DNA of 64,000 nucleotides from Octopus vulgaris (GCA_951406725.2 OX597816.1:163556001-163620000), one strand, 5' to 3'. Positions 33,851 through 48,444 are shown, counted from the first letter of the stretch. Program-made: numbers and translations. The notes: generated by a model not told the origin, from the letters alone.

Positions 33851-33966
33851 TACATATATATACATATACAGTATATAGAAATTGTAGATGTATATAGTAC
33901 AGTTGTAAGTAATTGATGAATATACAGAGGTACAGACTGATAGATAGATAAATGTATAGATAGATG

Positions 33967-34035
<69 letters not shown>

Positions 34036-34159
34036 GTGGCTGTCTGGCTGGATAGATAGATACGTAATACATACATACATACATACATACATACATACAT
34101 ACATACATACCCACATAGTTGAATGGATGCATAGCTAGGTACCTAGTAAGCCAGCTAGC

Positions 34160-34194
<35 letters not shown>

Positions 34195-34788
34195 CGAGAA
34201 GGTGAGAGAGAGAGTGAGATTGTATAAAATCTTACACCCGAAAAACATATACATACATGCATACATACATGCATACATACATCCATACGTACATATATGC
34301 ACACACATGCATGCATACAGACAGACAGACCGACAAACACATACACACACACACGCATACACACACTCGCACATTCATACATACTTACATACATACATAA
34401 AAGATTATAAAACAAACACCAAGGATATAATTAAAAGAATTTTCAAAATCATACTCATTTTTTCTTTCCCTCCCTATCTCACTGTCTCTCTCTCTCTAAC
34501 TCTCTCCTCTCTTTCTCCACTCTCACTTTCTCTCTGTCTATCGACCTATCTTTCCTCTCCCTTTTCCATCTCTCCACATCCCGTCTATTTCCATCGTTTT
34601 TGTATAATCCTATTGTTTTTACTGTGGTTGAGGTTGGCAAATCTTACTCGTAGTCATGGCGGCTTTAAAACATCCAGCTGCTTTCTCTCTATTCCTCAAG
34701 GAATAAATAGTCAAATTTAAAAACTAATACGTTTTATTGGCCCCAGTAGACGCCATAAAATATAACTGATGTAGGTTAATAACGATAA

Positions 34789-34823
<35 letters not shown>

Positions 34824-34858
34824 GTCCGACAGATAGGCAGACAGACAAAGAAACAAAC

Positions 34859-34941
<83 letters not shown>

Positions 34942-35367
34942 CCAGAGAAAAATTTTCAAACAGTTAGACAAACAGAAATACAAAGAATGACATAAATCAA
35001 GTTTTACAGTGTAAGTGGTTCTCCGTCTGTTCCGACGATGATCATACCAGATGTGCCTTCATCTTAATTACGTATATCATGTAATGTAATGGAGTTTTAA
35101 CGACTTAATATTGTGCAGACGTGTATCCTTAAAGTAAACCTTATTCAGAGACCGGGTCATACCATGTATGACAAGAAAGGCACTTTGTTTTACAGATTCT
35201 ATTATATACAAGCATACATACACACATATAGACATATATATTAGATAGATAGATAGATAGATAGATAGATACATACATACATACATACATACATACATAC
35301 ATACATACATACATACATACATACATACTTTTATATATATATGCATATATTTATGCATGTGTGTATG

Positions 35368-35402
<35 letters not shown>

Positions 35403-35430
35403 TCACGCATACATACATATACACATATAT

Positions 35431-35575
35431 GTGTCACACTGAATCTCCCCGAGAACTACGTTAACGATAGACGTGTATGTGGAGTGCTCAGCCACTAGCA
35501 CCTTGATTTCACGAGTAGGCTGTTCCGTTGATCGCATCAACTGGAACACTCGTCGTCGTAACCGACGGAGTGCCG
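35431..35575 (+). mobile_element. SINE family C, 3' fragment
   Basis: Reverse-complement match to 18397-18545. Confidence 0.75.
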
Positions 35576-35696
35576 CAACGATTAATGCTGTTTAAATGTC
35601 TACCTCGAACCGAATGTCACTCTTTACATCACCGGATAACGCAGTATGGATTCATTTGGGTGTCTCTTTGATCACTGATAATAATTTCCGTTTACT

Positions 35697-35995
35697 AAGG
35701 CGGTGAGCTGGCAGAAACGTTGTCTGTCCTTGTTTGTCCTCTCTATGTTTATCCCCCTATGGGCAATAAAGAAATATATTGAAGGCGGCGAGCTGGCAGA
35801 AACGTTAGCCCGCCGGGCGAAATGCTCAACAGTATTTCGTCTGCCACTACGTTCTGAGTTCAAATTCCGCCGAGGTCGACTTTGCCTTTCATCCTTTTGC
35901 AGTCGATAAATTGAGTTCTAGTTGCGTACTGGAGTCGATCTAATCGATTTGCCCCACCCACCCCAAAAAGAATTTGTGTCTAGAGTAGAAAAGAA
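35697..35995 (+). mobile_element. SINE family B (deleted copy plus full monomer)
   Basis: Two aaggcgg.gagctggcagaaacgtt heads. Confidence 0.85.
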
Positions 35996-36149
35996 TATTG
36001 ATACTCCAGAAATCGTGACGTATTTCTTTACTCTTTCGTGGTCTGTCTTCAAACTAAATTTCTATAAATACTTCATTGTGAATTTTTCAAATGACAATGG
36101 CGTACGTATTGAACTTCAAGCATATTTTTTTACGCAACTATCATTTTTT

Positions 36150-36800
36150 TATCAAATCGTCATCTCCGGTCTTTTCCTATGAGCAACAATAATTGTAAGC
36201 CTTCTGCCCTCAGCACATGGCCAAAATATTTAAGATTTTGCTTGACCAGTTCTTTTACAACGCTCCATTCAATTCCAAATTTGGTTCAACAGATTATTAT
36301 GTTTCTCACCAACTAATTTTTTTTTATAACCCTAAACATGAAAATCCTCTCATTTTTTTCATTCTCTCAGCTATTTTAAGAGTCCAGCATTCAGATCTCT
36401 CCGTTGATTGCCATTGGAAACACCAAATCTCAAAGTGGCCAATAGTTCCAAGTTGGTCTTTGTTCCTTATTCATCGATGTTCCTTCCTAAATGTAGTTTA
36501 AAGAGATAACGACAGATTTTGTTATTGCAGTTCTTCATTTTATCTCTTGGCTGTCATCACATTGATTTCTAATAATACTCCCAGAATCGCAAGCCTCCTT
36601 CAACGCTTTGACAGTTTGATTATCAATTATCAGAGGATTATCTTGATTATATATTCCGCTAAGATAATTAGATATTCAATTTTGACAAATTTAATGAATA
36701 CACTATATTTTTCCACTTCTTACTTTCGCTTCATGAAAAATCTGCAATTCTTCTAAGCTACCAGCATTGAAGATATTATCATCTGTAAATTTGAGATTTC
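36150..36800 (-). pseudogene. Highly decayed RTE-clade LINE fragment
   Basis: Minus-strand KYFGHVLRAEGL, ISW and WTLK patches typical of the RTE ORF C-terminus. Confidence 0.45.
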
Positions 36801-36871
36801 AATTTTAACTTCAGAGTAACACTTTCTGATTATATGTTAACATATTAGTTACCATACTAACGCTGAAATGT

Positions 36872-37165
36872 TCCTTCTCGAATCACGCCTGGCTCATAAG
36901 TGCCGGTTTCCCAGTTTCCTTGGCGTATAGGTTCCCCTCCTGGACGGGACGCTGGTCTGCCATAGGTGAGCTTCAAGATGCAGGAGGAAGGAGTGAGAGA
37001 AAGTTGTAGCGAACGAGTCAGCAGAAGTTCGCCATTACCTTCTACCGGAGCCGCGTGAAGCTTAGGTGTTTCGCTCATAAACACACACATCGCCCGGTCT
37101 GAGATTCGAACCCGCGTTCCCTCGACCGCGAGTCCGCTGCTCTAACCGCTAAGCCATGTGCCTCC
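36872..37165 (-). mobile_element. tRNA-derived SINE family D, full length
   Basis: Minus head ggaggcacatggcttagcggttagagcagcggactcgcggtcgagggaacgcgggttcgaatctc with A and B boxes. Confidence 0.85.
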
Positions 37166-37254
37166 AGAACGCTGAAATACACTGCATTTGTCTCAATAAA
37201 TTTGGGAAATACTGAAGAATTTTGTAGTAAACAAATTCTGTCGTTATTAAGCTG

Positions 37255-37396
37255 AAGTTCAAATTCCGCCGAGGCCGTCTTTGCCTTTCATTCTTTCGGA
37301 ATCGATAAATTAAGTACCAGTGAAACACTGGGGTCGATGTTATCGACTAGTCCCCTCCCCCACAATTTCAGGCCTTGCGGCTATAACAGTAAAGGA
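37255..37396 (+). mobile_element. 5'-truncated SINE family B with TSD ttattaagctgaagtt
   Basis: Body match; the duplication flanks both ends. Confidence 0.8.
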
Positions 37397-37714
37397 TTAT
37401 TAAGCTGAAGTTTGGAATATAAATTAAAGAGTAATATTGAGAGGTCCTAATTTAGATCACTTTAACCGTTTCAATAAGTTTTTAAAATAACGAAGAATTT
37501 GATAAAATTTTTTGGTTATTGTTAAAAACTTGTTTAGAACACAATTAAGAAATTTTGATTGAAGATTTTAATTTAGGTCATTTTCACCTTTTTGTTTCCA
37601 TATTACTGTTAAAAGAAAGCCTCGAGGAGACAGAATCGTTAGCATGCCACACAAACTGCTTAAGCAGCATTTCAACAGTCTTTACGTTCTAAGTTCAAAT
37701 TCCGCAGAAAATGA

Positions 37715-38135
37715 GCCATGGCATATATCCGTAAGATACCGAGTTTGCCTGATATTCTCCGGGTACTACTCGCGGGATTTGCGTCCATGGCTCAGAGCGC
37801 CGCCTCGGAATCCCTGGTTTTAGGCCGACTTGATTTGGCTTGATCGTCGAAGTTCTTGCAAACCAAGCGAAATATCATGAACCATTTGGTTACAGCACCA
37901 TGATCAACTGCGCTTTCAAATTCCACATAACAACTGTTTTTAGCTTCTTCCGCGGCATTATGGCCCAGTACGAACTAGTAAAGCAGTTCCCGAATTAAAC
38001 TACGTTACACATTCATCTGTGCGGTTTTCAACTCACATATCGAGTGAAGCAATGCACAACGTGTCAACGCACCAACTACCACGATGCTCCCAACCTCAGG
38101 GGGTACTTTCCACGGCTTAAACTGCTTCGGTCCCT
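37715..38135 (-). pseudogene. Mariner transposase N-terminal (HTH) remnant
   Basis: Minus translation LGHNAAEEAKN..VTKWFMIFR..NFDDQAKSSRPKT..NPASSTRRISGKL. Confidence 0.75.
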
Positions 38136-38272
38136 TTCTCAGGAGATATATACGCCTCAAACTGGTACGTAGGCAAAGGTTGCAAGACCTAGACACACAC
38201 ATATAGTGCATGTATATAGGGTATACACGCTTTATATGGACAAAGTGTGCGTTATGTATAAGTGTATGTATA

Positions 38273-38325
<53 letters not shown>

Positions 38326-38435
38326 ATATATATATACATATATATACATATATATATATGCATACATTTGTATATACGTATATATACATATATATATATG
38401 TATATATATATATATGTATATATATACATATATAC

Positions 38436-38496
<61 letters not shown>

Positions 38497-38559
38497 TACA
38501 TATATATAAATGTATGTGTACTTTTTCAATCTGTACAAATAACACGAGAAAAGTAAATA

Positions 38560-38828
38560 AATAGTTACCAGTGTAGCAAAAATTCACATAAGTGCCAAGG
38601 ATATTACAACCTATGTATAAAGATAGTTCATCGTCTCAGTTGTCGAGAAGGATATCTAGCCATTACTCTACATTTAGGCATAGCAATAAAGGTAACAATA
38701 CTGGGTTTAGTAAATTCATTTGGTCTCTAAAGGAGCATAATAAACAATTTGGTTTGGAATGGAATATTCTATCTAGATCCATCCCATATGATAAAGGTAA
38801 ATCTTATTGTCCGCTCTTTAACATGTAA
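38560..38828 (+). pseudogene. Penelope GIY-YIG endonuclease fragment
   Basis: RRISSHYSTFRH..TGFSKFIWSLKE..LEWNILSRSIPYDKGKSYCPL. Confidence 0.7.
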
Positions 38829-38879
38829 CAATATATAGCTAGCTAGCTAGGTAGATAGATGTATAGATACATACATACA

Positions 38880-38915
<36 letters not shown>

Positions 38916-39257
38916 TAGATAGAGAGACAGACAGACAGACAGAGACAGAGAGTGAGAGATAGATGCACAATGAAAATATATATGCATATGTCCCTATCCA
39001 CACAAAAACACACATATATACGGAATTGAGAGAAAGTGGGTTATTATTATAACATGTACATTTGTGGTTATGTATACATGCGCGTGTATAACCATATGTA
39101 AGTGTGTGTATGTATGTCCGCATGTATGTATGTATAACGAGATCTACTTAAGTATCCATATACTTCGAATGTTTCTACATATAAACATACATACATATGC
39201 ATGTATGTATTTATATATATATATATGTGTATGTATGTATGCGTGTGTATGCGTGTA

Positions 39258-39560
<303 letters not shown>

Positions 39561-40572
39561 GTATGTATGTATGTATGTATGTATGTATGTATGTATGTTT
39601 GTATGTATGTATGCACGTATGTTTGTATGTATGTATGTATGTATGTATGTATGTATGTATGTATGTATGTATGGGCAGATTTGTATGTTTTATGTATGTA
39701 TTCTCATGCATATAGTTACATATCTAGACATACTCATATATATATTTAAATGCTAAACTTCTGGAAAGTTTTACAGATTTTTCTAGTTCCAACGATGGAT
39801 TTGTTCTATAGTCTTCAAATTAGCTTTCTAATTTCTGATGTTGAGAAGACTAATTTCTCAAGATCGATATTTAGACAGTGTGTTACATATCACAGGACCC
39901 AATAATTACAGGTATAAATCTGAACTTGTAATCTGGATAGAGTAACTGCAGACTATGTATGTATGTATGTATGTATGCATGTATGTATTTATGTATGTAT
40001 GTATGCAAATTTTGTATGTATGTATGTATGCATGCATTTATGATTGTATGTATGCATGTATGTATAACGAAATGTACTTAAGTATTCATGTACTTCGTAT
40101 GTTTATACATATAAATATACATACATATGTATGTACTTATGTATGTATGCATGCATGTATGTAGGTATGCATGTATGCAAATTTTGTATGAATGCATGCA
40201 GTCTGTGTATGTATATATGTATGTATATGCGAGTGTGTATGTATGTGTATGCATGTTCGTATGTATGCAATTTTTGTATGCATGTATGTGTGTGCGTGCA
40301 CGTGTATGGTTGAATGTATGCACGGCAATGTATGCACAGCAATGTGTGTATGAATAAAATGATGATCCATACATATATTGGCATCTCTGCGACAGTTCTC
40401 TTAATATCCACGCTTCAGTCAGCAATGGCGAAGATGATGTGGAATGATACGACTTTTTTTGTTCCACGTCATTGCATTCGAGATGAGAAGTGACAAGTAA
40501 ATGGCCTCCAGTAAACAATAACCGCTTCTATTACTACTGCACAAACACATATACTAACATATATACATATAT

Positions 40573-40641
<69 letters not shown>

Positions 40642-40649
40642 TATATAGG

Positions 40650-40995
40650 CGTGTGTGTGTGTATAGTATAATATATATATACATATTCACACACAAATGC
40701 ATACGCATATACAAACACAAACACACACATACACACATACACACACACACATATATATGTGTGTGTGTATGTGTGTATGTGTGTGTGTGTTTGTGTTTGT
40801 ATATGTGTATGCATTTGTGTGTGAATATGTATATATATTATACTACACACACAAACTCATATATATATATATATATATATATGAGTTTGTGTGTGTGTAT
40901 AGTATAATATATATACATATTCACACACAAATTCATACACATATATAAACACAAACACACACACACACACACACATACACACACACACACACATA
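40650..40995. repeat. Inverted triplication (A, reverse A, A) of low-complexity DNA
   Basis: gtatagtataatatatat..acatattcacacacaaat appears forward, reversed, then forward. Confidence 0.8.
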
Positions 40996-41547
40996 TACAT
41001 GTACGCGCGCGAGCGTTCAGGCATGTGTTTTCCTGAATTCTGATTTATTAATGTTGTTATTAGTCGTGATTGAAGTATTATATATCTGCATATATATATA
41101 TACACTCACATACACATACATGTATACATGTACACATACACACTTACGGACATGCGTAGACACACACATTTATATACGTACTACATGCATGCATGTACAT
41201 ACTTATATGATGTACATGTATAAATATAAATATATACATATATATACACACACACACACACATACATATACTCATAAATACATATATATGCATGCATGAA
41301 TATATATGTATATGTAATAAATATATACATATATAAATGTATGCATTTACAAATATATATATATATACACATATGTACTTGGAAATGTATATATACATTC
41401 ATAACATATGTTCTATGTACACACACACACACGTGTTTCTGTGTCCATAGATACATGTGTCTGTGTGTATATTTACATATAGACATGCCTTAAGTGTACA
41501 TAAATGAATAAATATATGCATATGCATATATGAATATGCATAAGTGT

Positions 41548-41592
<45 letters not shown>

Positions 41593-41671
41593 TATATGAG
41601 GTGTATGAATGTGTATATGTTTGAACATGTGAGTGTTACAGTTAGAGTGTGTGTGTGTGTGTGTGTGCGTT

Positions 41672-41706
<35 letters not shown>

Positions 41707-42055
41707 GTATTTGTGTAGGGCCTTCATAAACATGGCGTCTGTTTGCTATTTTACTAATGGCGTGCATTGCAGTGCTCGTGCAGGGTTAGTATTTAACAGA
41801 TTGGAGTAGGAGATGAGGGAAGGGGAGAAAGAGAGAGAAAAATATGGAGAGAGAAAGAGAGTAAGGCAGAATGCATGTGTGCAGTTTGTTTGAATGAGTG
41901 AGAGGAAGAGAAAGAGAGGGGAGAGAGAGGGGAGAGAGAGATCGAGATCCAAAGAGATATTATACGGAAGCACATAAGGAAATAAGTCGACAGAGAAGAG
42001 AAATCAAAGAGCAACAGAGATCCCGCACTGAATGGTGACGGAACTATTGATTAGA

Positions 42056-42128
<73 letters not shown>

Positions 42129-42184
42129 TTATATGTTCAGTCTCACATATATATCTGTATACACAAAAACACACTCACACACGT

Positions 42185-42542
42185 ACATGTATTATATGCT
42201 TACATATATACATGTATACACACAAACACACGTACATGTATTATATGTTTACACACATATATATATAACTGTGTATACACAAACAGACACACATATATAT
42301 ATACATCTACATATGATATGTCTGTTTATCATATATATACCTATACATGTGTTTGTGTATGTGTACGTATATATATATGTATATATATATATATACGTAC
42401 ATATACACAAACACATGTATATGTATATATATGATAAACAGACATATCATATGTAGATGTATATATATATATATGTGTAAACATATAATACATGTGTGTG
42501 TTTGTGTGTATACATGTATATATGCAAGCATATAATACATGT
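42185..42542. repeat. Inverted duplication centred on (TA)n at ~42385
   Basis: catctacatatgatatgtctgtttatcat / atgataaacagacatatcatatgtagatg. Confidence 0.85.
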
Positions 42543-42606
42543 CTGTGTATATATATAAGTGTGCATGTGCGTGTGTATCGGGAGAGAGAGAGGGAGAGAG
42601 AGAGAG

Positions 42607-42822
<216 letters not shown>

Positions 42823-43295
42823 AAAAGGGGTTCAGAGACAGAGAAAAAGATAGTGAAATAACGTAAGAGAATCATAAAACTATGAGCGTGAGGAGGAGGG
42901 GGAAACCTGAAGCAGAAATGCTCAGTTCAGAGATTTACGGAAAATATGAGAAGAGATGAGAAGGAAAAGGACAGACTAATATCAAGTGTTTGAAAAGAGA
43001 GAAATTGAAGGAGTCTGAAAGGTAGGGCATATATGGCAGCCTTACTCACTGGAATCATAATGAAAATAGTATTTATTATGATGAGGGGAAATCAGAGTCC
43101 ATTGTGAATGCAGGAATTGCATGTATGTAGAAGTTCGTCATCATTTATGAGTGTACACGGCCTTTGGTTTTTGTTTACTGGTTGGGTATGACTGTCTCGT
43201 ATGTGTGTGTGTGTATATGTGTGTGAGTGTGTGTGGATGTATGAGTGTGTGTGTGAGTGTTTGTGTGTATCTTTATACATATATAGACAGACAGT

Positions 43296-43370
<75 letters not shown>

Positions 43371-43373
<3 letters not shown>

Positions 43374-43501
43374 GGTGTCCCCAAAAAATGTATACACATA
43401 GTGGTTCGGCAAAAGAGAACGATAGAATAAGTACTAGGCTTACAAAGAATAACAAATTTACAATTCATTTAAGGTGTGTATACATTTTTTGGGACACCCT
43501 G
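43371..43501. mobile_element. Tc1/mariner-type MITE containing a SINE A fragment
   Basis: TIRs cagggtgtcc(c)caaaaaatgtatacac; TA flanks; internal 43399-43452 matches the SINE A body. Confidence 0.85.
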
Positions 43502-43548
43502 TATATATATATGTACATATATATATATATAAAATATATTATCAGACA

Positions 43549-43593
<45 letters not shown>

Positions 43594-43844
43594 CATTATA
43601 TAATTAGGGCTTAGTAAAATAAATTACTTTGCCACATACTGAACTTAGTAGAAATAGCAGCCAAAAAGAATTTTCTTAGCATTTCTACTACTTAAAGAAA
43701 ATTTCTCTCAGATAATGTTTACTCTAGACAGCTCACGAAGGTTTGGGGGTAAATACAGAAAAATATCACAAGTACATAGATCGTTTGAGTACGTCAACGT
43801 TTCAAGATTAGCCAAATAAAATCAGCATTTCTTTCGTCAGCTCA

Positions 43845-44260
43845 AAAGCCTTGTGAGTGGATTAGGTAAGCGGAAATTGAAAGAAGTCCGTCCTACATAT
43901 ATATATACGTGACGGCAGGCAAAATACCGTTAAGCATCATATATATATATTTATATATATGTGTGTGTGTGTATACGTATATATATACATATATATATAT
44001 ATATATACATACACACACACACATACACACACACACACACATATGTACGTGCGTGTATATGTTTGTATGTCTATGTTTGCCCTCCCAACATCGCTTGACA
44101 ACCTATGCTGGTGTGTTTACGTCCCCATAACTTAGCGGTTCGGCAAAAGAGACCGATATAATAAGTACTAAGCTTACAACGAATAATTCCTGGAGTTGAT
44201 TTGTTCGACTAAAGGCGGTGCTCCAGCATGGCCGCAGTCAAATGACTGAAACAAATAAAT
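43845..44260 (+). mobile_element. SINE family A, 5'-truncated
   Basis: aagccttgtgagtggat...ggtgctccagcatggccgcagtcaaatgactgaaac. Confidence 0.85.
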
Positions 44261-44599
44261 GAAAAGAATAATGGAAGGCGTGGTGTAAGATAACAGGGTG
44301 TGAAGTAAAAAAGATAGATAATAACTGGTACATGAATGCTGTTTTTCTTAAGAGGGAGCCCAAGTAGATATTCTACAATAATTAATTTATAGGAAAAGAA
44401 GAATCGTTTATTACTGATATTTTTTATAGCATGTTCACCGGTGGATTGTATTTTTCACAAATGAACTATCCTTATTAATTCCTGTTTGGTCTCAGGTATT
44501 GTTTGTACATTGATAGAGTGGAAAGACGAAAAGTTTGGGATATCTAGTTTTCGCACCTGTTTCCAGATGTTCAATGAATGGAATTTGTCTAGTTTAGGA

Positions 44600-44968
44600 A
44601 GGCGGTGAGCACGCCGGGCGAAATGCTTACAGTATTTCGTCTGCCGCTACGTTCTGAGTTTAAATTCTGCCGAGGTCGACTTTGCCTTTCATCCTTTCGG
44701 GGGTCGATAAATTAAGTACCAGTTACGCACTGGGGTCGATGTAATCGACTTAATCCGTTTGTCTGTCCTTGTTTGTCCTCTCTGCGTTTAGCCTCTTGTG
44801 GGTAGTAAAGAAATTGGTATTTACGTTCTGAGTTCAAATTCTGCCGAGATCAAGTTTGCCTTTCATCCTTTCGGGGTCAATAAATTAAGCACCAGTTGCG
44901 TACTGGTGTCAATCTAATCGAATGGCCCCTTCCCAAAAATTTCGGGCCTTGTACTTAGAGTAGAAAAT
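44600..44968 (+). mobile_element. SINE family B dimer with perfect 18-bp TSD
   Basis: aatttgtctagtttagga at 44582-44599 and 44969-44986. Confidence 0.92.
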
Positions 44969-45387
44969 AATTTGTCTAGTTTAGGATTACGTATTTGTTG
45001 ACGATGAATATTTAATCCCATTCTAAAAGTGAGTTTAGTTTGTCCAATGTAACCTTCACTGCATCCATTACATTTGATAGTATATATTGATTTTTTTTTT
45101 CACAAAATCTTGTCCGAATCGAAAATGTAAGCTGTGTCCTCAGTAAGGTTCTCACAAGTTTCACAGTTGGATCGGTTACTATTTTTAACAGATGGAGTCG
45201 AGACCGTAGTCGGAAATTTTGCTTTAGGCTCTCTGGTTGCCTTTTGCATTTGATTATTTTGTATGATTGAAATGCCTTATTCATTCTTGGGCCTTGGCTC
45301 AATAACAGCATGTTCTGATGGATAATTCTTGAATGTGTCTGTTTCTTTGGATATGTGGTGAACAGACTTTTGCGTGTATTTAAACTA

Positions 45388-46041
45388 CAGAGTGTTCTCC
45401 GCAGTGAATTTCTCGGTTAATGGATTATTTCGAAGAGACTTTGGCCACCAAGATCACCTGATTTAACACCGCCAGACCTTTTTTTTTTCTAGGTAGCAAG
45501 TTAAGGATCAGTGTACAAGAATCACCCGAAAACCATTAATGAGCTAAAAGACGCAGTCATAACCTTCACACGGTCCATACCGCGTCAGACTCTCCAAGAT
45601 GCATTTCAAAACATGCGTAGAAGAGTCAACTTATGTATTGAAAATGAAGGATGACACTTTCAACACTTCTTATAAGGTTCTTTAAAGTCTTGTAAAGTCT
45701 AATATATTCTTTTGTAGTCTTATACCATCTTATAAATATTTATTTTACAATAAAATACTTACTGCGGAGAGACTTTTTGAACAGCCAGTATATGTATACA
45801 TATAAGGTGTTCAAAAAGTCTCTCCACAGTGATTTTTTTCCATCCTCTCTCTTCAAGACTCAGACTCTCCAAGATGTAGTTCAAAACATGTGAAGAAGGG
45901 TCAGCTTATATATTGTAAATGAAGGACAACACTTTCAGCACCTTATAAGGTTTTTTAAAGTCTTGTAAATTCTAATATATTTTTTTGTAGTTTTCTTTTG
46001 CAATAAAATGCTTACTGCGGAGAGACTTTTTGAACACCCTG
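45388..46041 (+). mobile_element. Two adjacent deleted Tc1/mariner derivatives (45388-45788 and 45803-46041)
   Basis: TIR cagggtgttcaaaaagtctctccgcagt; transposase remnant LWPPRSPDLTPPD..KTINELKDA..FQNMRRRVNLCIENEG.HFQHFL; TA flanks. Confidence 0.85.
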
Positions 46042-46501
46042 TATTTTTGGCTTTTCTCACTTCTTCAATATTTATAGTTTTAGGATTTTCTGTTCCATTC
46101 CCTGTTAGAATAGAAGGGTACTTTCGTTCAAGCATTGCCTGCTTTAATCCCAGGGATGTTTGATTTTGAACATCCGGATGGGGAACATGTGTTCGGATTT
46201 TTCTCGCTAGGATAATTGGACTATTAGATTTGGTGAGTTTGGGTGGCATGAAGAAAATAGTCGGTACTGTTTAGAATCCATTGGTTTGTTGTAGATGTCG
46301 ATTTCTATGTTCGTAACATTTTCAATGATCAAAACGTCCCAGAAGGGTAGTCGGTTCTGATTAGAATTCCATGGTGAACTGACTACTAATATCGATGTTA
46401 TTGATTAAGTATTTGAAATCGTTCAGTTCATTTAGGTTGTATGTCCGCAGAATAAGAGAGTCATCTACGTGTCACTTCCCACTTTCTACAAGAGGAAGTT
46501 G

Positions 46502-46573
<72 letters not shown>

Positions 46574-46667
46574 GTGTGTGTGTGTGTGTAAGTGTAAGTG
46601 TGTGTGTATACATACATACATACATAAATGTATATGTATGTATATATATATGCACACACAAACATAT

Positions 46668-46733
<66 letters not shown>

Positions 46734-46798
46734 GTGAGAGAGAGGGAGACAGACAGACTGACAGACATGCAGACTGACAGACAAACAGACAAACAGAC

Positions 46799-46849
<51 letters not shown>

Positions 46850-46876
46850 AAGAGACAGACAGACAGACAGACAGAC

Positions 46877-46946
<70 letters not shown>

Positions 46947-48444
46947 GAACACATATATGCATGTGTATACGAAAATATACATACATATAAAATATGTATA
47001 TATACGCATGTATCTATATTATACTCTCGGCAAGTAGCACTCATTAAACAAAGGCTATATCAAAATTAGTCTTAGCGAATTACTTAATTTAATTTACGTG
47101 CTCAACATTAAAGACAAGCACAAGCTTACATGCATATAGACACATGGACACAAACACACAGACACAAACACGCTCAAATACATATATACATACATACAAG
47201 CATACATGTACATACAAAAAGGCATATTCTTCAATACATATAAAACATACATATACATACATACATACGTATATTTATAGACACACACACATATGTGTAC
47301 ATACATATCTATTTACGTATAGACAAACAAGCATACATACATATATAGACTCGTGCAGTCAAACAGACTTATGTCTTCATACATGTAGATACATATATGC
47401 ATACATATACACATATAAATAGGCCTGCAGATACACATACACATACATACCTATAAATTATATACAGGCAAGCAGATCTGGAAAATTACAATAATTACAG
47501 GCACCATCGAAGCAGAACAATTGTTTTAAATGGAGTCTAGCTTTGCTAACCTCATACCAGCTTTTTGAAGTAGTTACAAGATTATTTAAATATGTTCCTC
47601 GTGTGGTAATTAAAGTAAATATTGTTTGAGTGTATACATAAATATGTGTGTGTATGCATGCGCGCGTGTGTGTGTGTGTGAATTTATTACATTAAACGCA
47701 TTGAAGCACACACATACACGTATATTGAAAAAATAAAATGAAGATATTTAGAAAACTTTATCATGAAAAAAGAGAGTATTTACATTTTTAACTAAGTAGC
47801 TACCGGTTTCACTTGCTTTAAAACATTGATTTAATCATGTTGAAATAAAATGGAAATGTAAGCTGAAATAAAATGATTTTAACTGGTTGTTTGTGATATC
47901 AGTTCTGGTGGTTCATATGTCTTTCCTATATTCCTTTTCTTTCTGATTCTTGCTGGCAAGAAGTGGACAGCATTGGTGAACAACTCGTGAAAATGACGTA
48001 TATAGAGCAGTTTGTGATAGTTGCAAGACTAAAACCAGCAGTAGCAGTAGTATCACTTTGATAAAGTAATTTTGCTTAATTCATACAAATTACTTAGGCC
48101 ATAAATGTTTTCTAATATTTTGCATCTGGATATGTCCCTTGGCTGTTGAAAATGCATTAAGACAATTGTCGTTCTGGTGACACCGATGGAGGCAGAAAAA
48201 CGTATCCACGAAAGTCTTCTTTTTTCCAAACAATAAGCCTGTCTTTTTCTGAAATAGTATGTTAAATATGAAGAATTCTTCAATTTTGAGATTATCACGC
48301 GTTCTTTTATGGATCTGGCCTCAGCTACCATTTGATAATTATGAAACATCGTCGAGAGGTGGAGATTATTCTAATAAATCAAAAATTTCCATTACATGTA
48401 TTCTATATAAATGCAGTTGACTATAAATGCATATACGAACAGCC

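Larger units (their letters stand above)
44400..46490 (-). pseudogene. Decayed Penelope-like element (RT C-terminus + GIY-YIG), interrupted by SINE B and Tc1 derivatives
   Basis: Minus strand: HVDDSLI, QFTME, LPFWDVLI, IYNKPMDSKQY..SCHP, IIKCKRQP, IYTIKCNGCSEGYIGQT, HRQQIRNPK. Confidence 0.85.

Noticed and set aside
37095-37165. tRNA gene
   Set aside because: The tRNA-like head continues into a SINE body with another copy at 20269; no proper acceptor stem.
48053-48349. 98-aa non-repetitive ORF
   Set aside because: No recognisable family or splice context.
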